NCBI RefSeq assembly: GCF_037042905.1
Contig: NC_087248.1
Coordinates: 7,688,001 to 7,752,000 of the forward strand
Origin: Lytechinus pictus
Taxonomy: Eukaryota
Reading direction: 5' to 3'
Length of the DNA: 64,000 bases
In this document: in pieces, positions 25,701 to 35,500 of the stretch
Position numbering within the stretch: the first letter of the stretch is position 1
Layout of the letters: every line of letters begins with the position of its first letter
Translations under genes and position numbers: made by a program
The notes under the pieces: generated by a model
Databases searched by the model: none
Told to the model about the DNA's origin: nothing
What the model saw: only the letters and a program-made list of their open reading frames with translations

Positions 25701-28003
25701 GCTTTTAACAATGTAATACTTTGAACACTAATTGAAGTACATCTTCAGTACATGGAGATCTGCCGGCATCATACCTTTTGTCCGAGATTGGCCAGAGTCG
25801 ATTCCCGTAGCCATCGCTTCTCTGATAGCTTGATTCTGCTGATGGTATTCTAATGGGGTTATTTCACCCCGCCACACTGCTTTGGAGGAGTTGCGCTCAC
25901 TCTGTCTCCTGAAATTCCCGCTTTCATCTGCCCCATACATGGCCTGTCAGTGAAATGTGAAAACTAATCTAATAATAATGATATTGATACNNNNNNNNNN
26001 NNNNNNNNNNNNNNNNNNNNNNNNNNNNNNNNNNNNNNNNNNNNNNNNNNNNNNNNNNNNNNNNNNNNNNNNNNNNNNNNNNNNNNNNNNNNNNNNNNNN
26101 NNNNNNNNNNNNNNNNNNNNNNTTAAAATACTACTACAAGAAGCATTTAAACTTGATCATCTGTATATGGGGCATAGGCCTTTGAGTATTACTGTAGCAT
26201 ACTTAAATATTTTCTCTCTGTAATTGCTTCTGGTGTAAAATATAAAACAAATATTTATATTTTGCTTTCAGGTGATGAGAATACAATCACTTTATCTGCA
26301 GTGTGAATGCACGCCAACTTTGATCAATTAGCACACAAGAACAAAACATACAAAAACTTGAAGTACCGTACCTTTAACTTCTTAAATTCCTCTTCCTCTT
26401 TCCTTTTCTGTTCTCGCCGCTCATCCTCAGCCAGTTGTTCAGCAAGTTTCCTATCTACATCTGTCATATCATTCTGTCCTCTGCGACTGCTGCCAGCATC
26501 AGCCGCTCCAGTTGATGGTCCCTCTGCAAAGTGGCTTTCAACATGTGCATTCATTTCCTCAGTGACTAGCCCAACTAACCCACAGACGGGGCAAGTGATA
26601 TCTCCTCCTCCAATGGCTCCCCCTTCAGATGGTCTATTCTCGGCGCTCCTTACCCCTATAGCACCTTCGGGATGTTCCGTGTTGACATGGCTATTCAGGA
26701 AATCAGCATCATAGCTGCCAAGTCCACATATTGGACAGAGGATTGGTGATTGCACATTCTTTGAAGCTTTGCTTAGGCTGAGGAGAGTTGGTTTATCAGG
26801 GTTCGGGGTCTTGACTTTCACACCTTCTGTTGGTTTTGATTTTGCTTTTGTCGGTGTAGAGGTGGAGTTCGGGTTGGCCACACTGCTAGTGCTTGGGATA
26901 TCTTCCCACTGGATCTCTTCTGCTGGTTGGGCATCTTCGATGAACATGAGCTCATCATCATCAAGGAGATCAGGTTCAGAGTCATTGGTGAGATCAACCC
27001 ATATCCCACTCTGTTCCTTCTTGTCCTCAGCCTCTGCTTCAGCTGTCCTTCCTGTGAGCGTTCTGAAGAGCTTACGGAATGGACTGCTGGTCTCACTGGC
27101 AACACTCTCATTCCCACTCCTGGATGACGCCAGCGTATCCAGAGATTGGTGGCTGTTCCGTCGCTCTGCAGATTCCAGGCGATGTGACTGACGGGTCTCT
27201 TTGGGTCTCACATCCGGTTCCTTTCTACCTCGTTTACGGTCATTTGGCTTTGGTTCGCCTTGCTTTTGTTCATCCTGCTTTGGGCCAATCTGTTTTTGGT
27301 CATTCTTTCTACTGGTATGTTCTGAAGGTGCCCCATTCCCTGGCCCCGTTCTGCCTGCCTGCCGTCTTACAATGTTTCTCTCTTTGAAACTCTCCTTTGA
27401 TTCATCAATAATGCAACACTCAGCATCTGACTCTCTTGGGCCATTCTCATGGCCACTTTGGTCTTGGCTTGAAGATACTGATGACTCAGAAAACAAATCC
27501 TGTGAAATGCCATCCTCATCCATCGATTGTCTCAAATTACTTTCTTGCTCCCTAATATCTATATTTTGATTCACATCCCTTTCTATTTTTAGGGCAATTT
27601 CAGCATCATCTATATGATCCACATGAATATCATTCATTTGCTGATCAACAGACTCTCCATTCTGTTTGGTATCAGTTGGTTTTGCAAAGTAGTCCTCAAT
27701 ATAAATCAAAGAATTTTCCTCATGAACTTCTTCTGCTATCAACACAGCATCATCTCCATTGTCTTGCACGCAACTTCCTTGCCTGTATTCGCTGGTGCTA
27801 GACTTTGCCGCATGGGCTGGACTGAGTACATGACGATGTGCTGTATTCATGTGGTATGATAGTTCTTCAATTGTCACATGGGCAAGGTCACACAGAGGAC
27901 AAGACCCTGAGTTTTCCTCGTGATCCAGAAGCATATGAGTTCTGACCTCTGCTTCGTCAACAAACCCTTCCTGGCCACATATCTCACATGTCTCAGAAGA
28001 CAT
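19716..28003 (-). CDS. ZUP1: Zinc finger-containing ubiquitin peptidase 1 (ZUFSP/ZUP1, C78-like peptidase), 8 coding exons, ~858 aa
   Basis: Exons (minus): 28003-26372, 25943-25775, 24488-24297, 22708-22540, 21897-21743, 20956-20854, 20259-20139, 19751-19716 (2577 nt, phases consistent). Four Zn fingers (CEIC, CPLC, CPIC, CPVC..HVESHF) and MIU DRKLAEQLAEDERRE. Catalytic motifs GWGCGYRNIQM (Cys), QHEGHSRTIIG (His), LLFDP (Asp), plus WIGATEV. An N gap lies inside the first coding intron. Confidence 0.93.
23244..24256 (+). mobile_element. HINE-like family A, copy 3, in a ZUP1 intron
   Basis: Same ends and monomers as 2579-4043, with ~5 monomers; ends ~40 bp from the ZUP1 donor at 24297. Confidence 0.8.
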
Positions 28004-29444
28004 TCTTGAAGAACCGGTATCCACAGTGGTCACATTTCACTATCAATCTCGTTCTCTGCAAAGACAAAAGGAGAGATATATTAATTAGCAACTCTTCAAA
28101 TTGCAATAGGCCAAAGAAAATAATTTTACCATTGAAATGCATAATGGTTTATTTATCCCATTATCAAGCAATTCCACTGCAAGTACATCTTGAAATTCAA
28201 TTAATATCCACTAACAACAAGATCTATACTGACTTGAAAGGTAATTTCCTGGTCCTTCTACAATGTATGACTTATCATTATATACAACGTGGAATTTGCT
28301 TGTGGGGGGGGGGGCACTTACATTGACGAGTGGATACCATGCGCAACCCAAAAAACATGTAAAAAGAATGTCTTTTTCAAGATAGGGCACGTTACGTACG
28401 TAACGAAATAAGGGAATAAAAAACACTGAAATAATGAAAAAAGGGTATCTATTGTGCTAGGAAAGCTACGTGTTAAGGGTCAAATTTGCGAGGGTATAAA
28501 AAAAAAAGTTTTATAAAGGATGTACTTTTTGCCTCAACAGTCAACACTACGTGTTTAGAGTACGATTTGCGCGAGGTGTGGGAAGTGGGGCCGTACTAAA
28601 CCCAATGATGTAGGTAAAGGAAAACCGACGACCAACGTCCTTGAAATAATTAAAATATCGCTGTAGGCCTACTTGTTTAGGGGTTAAATTCAAGGAATAC
28701 TTGCCAAGACTAAGAGTATCGTTTTGTTTCCAATACTTGTTTAAGGGAAGGGTTTCACACACCAATACTTGTTAAGGGATGCATTTTCAGAATATGGAAA
28801 ATACTTGCTTAGGGTGCTTTTTGAGACCCCATGATTGCGCATGGTAACCACTCGTCAATGGAAGTGGCCCCTCCGGAGTCCCGGTATCTGGCATGATTTT
28901 GATTATGTCACTTGTCTTAAATAAGTACTTTTAGACATACTTTTACCCGCTTTACCTCTAAATCTAGTTAATCTACCCAAAATTCTAAGTGTAAGTTAGG
29001 TTCTTATTTCGATTAACTTAATTCTTATTCTGACATGTCTGATATTGATAAATGCCAAAAGAGAAAATGTGCCAACAAGTTCAATTCATTGAAGTTATTT
29101 GGTTGATATAACTTTCTTAGACCTACCGTACTTGTACTGTCTTGTCACGTTTCATATAAAACAAGTTTAACTCCAACGGCAATTGAGTAGATCTTGGACT
29201 AGATTGGTGAGTTCTGAGACTAAACATGACGAGTGTGTCAAGCAAAGTTCAACTTCAAAAAAACGACTGCTGGCATCTAGTTAGTATAGTCACGTATTGT
29301 ATTACCGGACACTATCATGATTCCGGACGCGCATATTACTGCGTTCGAAAAACAATTTCGTACCGAAAGACTTCCGCAATTCAATTTCACAGAGCAATAC
29401 ATAGAACAAGATTGCAAAAACAAGGCGAAAAATACAACTTTTAC

Positions 29445-29640
29445 CTTATTTATCTTTAAAATGACAGAAAATGCTTAAAATATCATATAACATAGTTTTG
29501 CATTAACAATTGATATATTTTCTGACGGAAATATGGGCCTAATTTCAATCTCTTCTGCTCCTTCGATCGAATGTTGAGGTATGGTGTATTGTGGGTGATC
29601 GTCGACGGCTAGTTCTCAAGGTAACTGTCACGAGGTTTAT
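29445..29640 (-). other. Probable non-coding first exon / promoter of ZUP1
   Basis: The large ZUP1 exon has an acceptor (TTTGCAG) at 28056-28057, so an upstream exon is required. A candidate donor AAG|GTAAAA lies at 29445/29444, next to CpG-rich sequence. The 5' boundary is a guess. Confidence 0.4.
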
Positions 29641-29681
29641 CCTGATTAGAGCTAGCCGTCGACGATCGTTAGCGCATCGAT

Positions 29682-30571
29682 CAGCGCCGGAATTACACGG
29701 GGGCGACGGGCGATTTCGCCCCCATGACAGCACAAATCGCCCCTAACAAGTCTCAAAACCCAATGCTTTGGGGCAACTATTTATTTCAGAATCGCCCCAA
29801 TAAAATACCATCGACAATGTAAAAGTACTTCACATAATTACGTTCTCCGGCGGCGGAGCAAGTGCATCTTTTATATCGCCCTTATATCGACGATGCAATA
29901 TCCGAGCCTTCCGTAACACCGGAAGCTTCGCGATTGTAAATAAACGCGCAATGCAATATGGGATGCGGAGTACGTATAGTCTTTAGCAAGGGGTTTTTAG
30001 AATTGTTGACGCACTTGCCGCATGGCTTATGTACATGTACGCGTGCACGATTAGACTGCACAGCTGGTAACGAGATCACATGCATCGTACGGTATATTAT
30101 GTGTACTAGGCATGCACAGAATTGTATGCGATCAGCTGGTGATTGTGACAGCGCTGATTATCGACATCGTCGAGTCGGAGTGCGAGAGGGATAAGTTTCT
30201 AATTCGAGTTCAACCTGGCTCTGCCAAACGGCCAGAGCCAGCGCTAGAAGTTGAGACAAAACTAAAGAATAAACAAGCCTGGACATTCATATATGGTGAA
30301 CACCTTTCTTTCATATCATATATGTGATCTTTGAGTCTATTTGAACAAATCCTCAACCAAAATGCAAACTTACATGTATACAGTAATTACAGTTAAAAAT
30401 GTTCTGAGCTTTTAGGCATCACAGTGAGTCTCGGAATGTCAAAAGGTAATTGCTGATATGCGATAAAAAAAAGTAGCCCCATGAATTAGAAAATAGCCCA
30501 AAGATATTCAGTGGTAGCCCCAATGTAAAAAAAAAGTAGCCCCTAAAAAAACCCAATTAATTCCTACCCTG
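29682..30571. mobile_element. Non-autonomous hAT-like element (890 bp) with 8-bp TSD
   Basis: TSD GCATCGAT at 29674-29681 and 30572-30579. Imperfect TIRs CAGCGCCGGAATTA / CAGGGTAGGAATTA (reverse complement). Subterminal TCGCCCC (left) and GTAGCCCC (right) motif clusters. Confidence 0.85.
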
Positions 30572-31430
30572 GCATCGATAGAACTTGATGAGCATCACGA
30601 TACGAATGAGCATAATATTGGAAAGTGCCATGGAACTTGCAGTTAAAAGAAAAAAAATAGTAAGCAATTTACACAAATTTATTACCATCTGCTCAGATTC
30701 GATAAAAAAGGCAAACAAAAACTTTGTGCATGAGACTCACGCATCCAGGGTCCGTCTCACGATCTCACGCATGGCACCCATTTTTCTCACGCAACGGGAC
30801 CCGACAGAAAAAAAGAGAAAAAGTAGCATTATTCGCTAGATTATACGCACTGGCCGACCGCCTTCGCGTCTACCCCGGCACACGAGACGAATCGAGAGTG
30901 CAGTCAGCGCACAGCTAGTATGTGATACGAGGAATCGTGTGCGTACATCGCATGGTTTTGTAGTATGATTAAATAAGTATGGATCGATATCATGATGAAG
31001 CCCACATCTCGCGCGCGCGCCTTTTACAAACGTACAAGTGTAAGAACTGGCCACGCGCATGCAGAGATGCCGAGTCATGAAAATCTCACGCATAACATTT
31101 TTTTAAACTTGGATCTCTGTATAAGTAGAAAAATTCACACAAATTTTTTCTTAGTTCTTACATCATTATTTATAAATATCAACTAATCAAGAATATCCTT
31201 ACCCGTCCGGCGCGCGCGCGCGTCCGGAATCATGATATAAAGGCATAATCGTGATATAGTCCCCAAATCCAAAAGTGGGGATTATTAGAATCACACCTAC
31301 CAGAACGCATGAAAATCACTTCCTTTCTCCAGAACACAGTCCCCAACTCTCGCACAACTCTGTGGCAAAATGATAACACACACAAATGAAACACACACTG
31401 TATATAAACACTAGGGTTCTCTCCCTATTA

Positions 31431-31735
31431 TATACTCGTGATCCAGTCCCCACTCAATGGGAAATCCAGTTTGATTTTCACGGCGGTGGGGACAGTTCCA
31501 ACAGTATATATACTCGTGATCCAGTCCCCACTCAATGGGAAATCCAGTTTGATTTTCACGGCGGTGGGGACAGTTCCAACAGTATAGTATACTCGTGATC
31601 CAGTCCCCACTCAATGGGAAATCCAGTTTGATTTTCACGGCGGTGGGGATAGCTCCAACAGTATTCATACTCGTGATACCGTCCCCTCACAACATAAAAT
31701 CGTGCTCGTTCAACAAGGGGATGGGGACAGTTTCC
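31431..31735 (+). repeat. Tandem array of 78-79-bp units in the left arm (3 near-identical + 1 diverged), mirrored at ~32725-33030
   Basis: TATACTCGTGATCCAGTCCCCAC...GTGGGGACAGTTCCAACAG starts at 31431, 31509 and 31588; a diverged unit starts at 31666. Confidence 0.95.
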
Positions 31736-31894
31736 TGATGCATTGTGACAAGGATAAAACATTTTAGGGTATGGCTGCGGAAGCTGATGAGGGAGGGGGG
31801 GGGGGGGGGACTTCAGCCCCTACCTTTTTCCAAAACATTGTGAATCCTTCTGAACTAAAATCCTATAAAAATGCCTTCATATATAGCATAAAAG

Positions 31895-32570
31895 TGCAGT
31901 CTTTTTTCCAGACCCGGTTAATTAAAAATTGTAATATAAGTTAAAAGTCTTTTTTTCCAGACCCGGTTAATTAAAAATTATAATATAAGTCCAAAGTCTT
32001 TTTTTCCAGACCCGGTTGTTTCAAAAATTATCATATAAGTCCAAACTAAGATACCATAATGATATTCTAGTGGAATAAAAATTAAAAATCGAGTTTAGTC
32101 TTTTCTCCAAACCCTGTTATTCCAAAATTATAAATAATAATACAACAACAACAACAACAACGTTATTCTACATCAATAATATTAGGGGGGCCTTGGTTAA
32201 TTAATGTTGTTTGTTTGTTTTTATTGTTTCTCGTGATTTCCTATTTTGAAATAACTGGAGCAAAGACTACACCATATTTCCGTGCTATTCAATGTTGATA
32301 AGATTGCAGGGTTTTTGTTTTGTTGTGTTTTTAACAATTTTTATAACTGGGTCTGGAGGAAAGACTACACTATATTTCCATGTTATTTAACAATAATAAG
32401 AGATTGGGGATCTTTATTACTTTTTTACTCTTTGAGAAATGATTTGTAAAAGTGGGTCTGGAAAAAGACTTTGAACTTATATTATAATTTTAACAACCGG
32501 GTCTGGAAAAAAAGACTTTGAACTTATATTACAATTTTTAATTAACCGGGTCTGGAAAAAAGACTTTGCA
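31895..32570. repeat. Inner ~48-bp tandem arrays of the foldback element (AAAGTCTTTTTTCCAGACCCGGTT...), inverted on the two sides, with degenerate copies in the loop
   Basis: Three copies at ~31898-32045, three inverted copies at ~32450-32570, and decayed copies near 32097, 32255 and 32347. Confidence 0.85.
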
Positions 32571-35500
32571 CTTTTATGTTATGTGAATGCATATATAGGA
32601 TTTTAGTTCAGAAGGATTCACAATGTTTTGGAAAAAGGTAGGGGCTGAAGTCCCCCCCCCCCCCCCCCTCCCTCAGCTTCCGCAGCCATACCCTAAGATG
32701 TTTTATCCTTGTCACAATGCATCGGGAAACTGTCCCCATCCCATTGTTGAACGGGCACGATTTTATGTTGTGAGGGGACGGTATCACGAGTATAAATACT
32801 GTTGGAGCTATCCCCACCGCCGTGAAAATCAAACTGGATTTCCCATTGAGTGGGGACTGGATCACGAGTATACTATACTGTTGGAACTGTCCCCACCGCC
32901 GTGAAAATCAAACTGGATTTCCCATTGAGTGGGGACTGGATCACGAGTATATATACTGTTGGAACTGTCCCCACCGCCGTGAAAATCAAACTGGATTTCC
33001 CATTGAGTGGGGACTGGATCACGAGTATATAATAGGGAGAGAACCCTAGTGTTTATATACAGTGTGTGTTTCATTTGTGTGTGTTATCATTTTGCCACAG
33101 AGTTGTGCGAGAGTTGGGGACTGTGTTCTGGAGAAAGGAAGTGATTTTCATGCGTTCTGGTAGGTGTGATTCTAATATTAATCCCCACTTTTGGATTTGG
33201 GGACTATATCACGATTATGCCGATATAAATTTGTCGCGTACGAAAATAATTGTTTTTCATGGAGGGGTATGCGGCAAGTGCGATGCAAAGAAAACGGTTG
33301 GTAAACATAAAATAATTTTATCATATTCTGTTATTTGAAAAAGTGCGAATTTGTCTTGATCGTATTTCCTCTATTTGTCCGGCAATAGGATCCACTGCCA
33401 TACTACCGGTACATGAAAATACATGAGTGGGACAACACAATGTAAGTAACGAAGTTGAACATTAGCGTTAAAAAGGCTGATAAGTGCAAAACGACAAGGA
33501 AATACATTAAGATGAGCTTAGAATGATATGCGCCTAGAATTTTTAATCGGTCCATGGTACTTACTTGATCAGCCCGGGGTACACTACAGAGTACAGGTAC
33601 GAGCAAGACGGGCGGAACAACAGTAGGCCATAGAGTCTTCTTAGAGATGTATTCTCTATGCAGTAGGCCTACCAAAATACGTGTAGACTGCAGCTTGTTC
33701 TCTGACATGCGCCGTGGCGCCGGGGAGGCCGGGCGGCCTAAGGCCTAGCGCATAGCCGCGCCGGTTCCCTCGTACCTCAGCAAAATCCATTTTCCAAGCG
33801 AGTCAGCTTACTTATAGTACCGGGTAACTTATTTAGAATAAATCACAAAATGAAAAGGGGCTGCACAGGGGCGGATCCAGCTTTTTATAAAGGGGGGGGT
33901 TGGGGTGGTATGCGAGGGAGCGTAGCGACCGAGTCCAAGCGAGCGGAGCGAGCGAGGGGGGAGGGTGTGGGAGGGGGGTGTCCCCCTCCCACAGTAGGGA
34001 AAAATTTTGAAAATCTGTGTGTGAAAATGGCGTTTTCTTGCATTACAAGTTAAAAAAAAAAGATAAGATTTAAAAAAATGGTCCCCGGATTTTTTTTTTT
34101 GGGGGGGGTTGCAACCCCCCCAACCCCCCCTCTAGATCCGCTTCTGGGGCATTATGGCGGGGGGCCTATTTAATTTAATAGCAATTATTGTTTTATTAGG
34201 TGCATGGTCTGTCCGAGATCATATATCATTACCATCATCTTCATTGTTCATCATCATAAATATTACCATCATCATTATCCTTATATCATTTTCATCATCA
34301 TTATCATCACCATGCGTCGTCATTATCACCACCATGCACCACCACCATCATCATCATCATCACCATCGTATAGTCATTATCATAAAGGGCCTTGATATCA
34401 CCATCATTATTGCCATGGTCAACATTTATTCTCATAGATAGATCATCCGAAGTTACTTTTGCAAATAATTCATTTCATATTACGTTGCTCAATATTGAAA
34501 ACTGGGACGTCATAGGGGCACTTGCTCTCTAGATTTCGACACATTGTACCATTGTAGCGCCATCCTTGCATGTGCCTTAATTGCTTTTATTCATATCAAT
34601 AGAAATTTAGTGATGGAAATTATAGTTTTTGTAGGCACAATGATTTCCTTTGCCTACGAAATGTTTGATTAATTGCCCGCGTGAGCAGGGATGGAGCTGT
34701 GATGGTTTGATATGGGAGGGGGGGGGGGTGATACAGCCTTTAATGATGTCATACTTCAAATGAATATACATAGCAATTGAAAAAAAAACATGCTTAATTA
34801 TACACACTGCGGAACAAAACATGACAAATTTTATCTTAAAGATTCTGAACAGCATTTCAAATGATTTGTCATCCTATTTAGTTTTTTCTTTAATCTGTTT
34901 ATTGATTGATCTTTACATATTTTTTTATTTTATAATAAAACGATTTCAAGACAAAGTGAAATACAATAACAGCAATGAAATAAGAGAAAGCTGGTGAACA
35001 TTGCTTGTATGTATAGTGAAAAGATACAATAAAAAATTGCAATATATGATTTACTTAACATTCATATAAATTTCTAAGTCATGTTAATGGGTCTTTCCGA
35101 GAACACATCATTTTGGATATTGATAATTACTATTGTCATCATATAGAATACTATATACAAAAAAATAAAATATGTCACATCTTTGTTATTTCTTGTTGAA
35201 TTTCGATAATATTTCAGTGTTTTGTTTATCTGATTTGACTCTGTGAAAATGATATTACTCTCAGCCTGGAATACACATTGAAGAATGATAAAATTCATCA
35301 TGAAAGCTAAACTTGAATCTAATATCATTTGACTCTTGAAAAAAAAATCCTATGTAAATATGTATATATTTTGAAATAATAAATCCTCAAGGAAGAGGCA
35401 AAGAGATAGAAAAAATATGAAATTCAATCTTAGGCTTATGTTTTTTTTATCAATCGTGTATCATGGAAATAATATTATCGGATCACATTTCAAAATAACT

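Larger units (their letters stand above)
31242..33221. mobile_element. Non-autonomous foldback DNA transposon (1980 bp) with ~0.8-kb inverted arms and 8-bp TSD; Merlin-like GG..CC termini
   Basis: Begins GGCATAATCGTGATATAGTCCCC and ends GGGGACTATATCACGATTATGCC. GATATAAA is duplicated at 31234-31241 and 33222-33229. The ORF track shows mirror ORFs (31386..31598+ and 32862..33074-). No transposase ORF. Superfamily assignment is inference. Confidence 0.9.

Noticed and set aside
25991-26122. ORFs spanning N runs (also 50008-50135)
   Set aside because: Assembly gaps. ZUP1 exon phases match across the first gap, so no missing exon is needed.
26307-27859. Several + strand ORFs of 66-140 aa
   Set aside because: Antisense shadows of the large ZUP1 exon.
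31431-33030. CRISPR-like array
   Set aside because: Eukaryotic context, no cas genes, three of four interiors identical, and the arrays are mirrored inside a TSD-bounded transposon.
31386-33074. Duplicated short ORFs (MKHTLYINTRVL..., MGTGSRVYYTVG...)
   Set aside because: By-products of the inverted arms and the 78-bp (26-codon) period; no domain or splice evidence.
34154-34441. Poly-His ORF
   Set aside because: Degenerate (CAT/CAC)n repeat.
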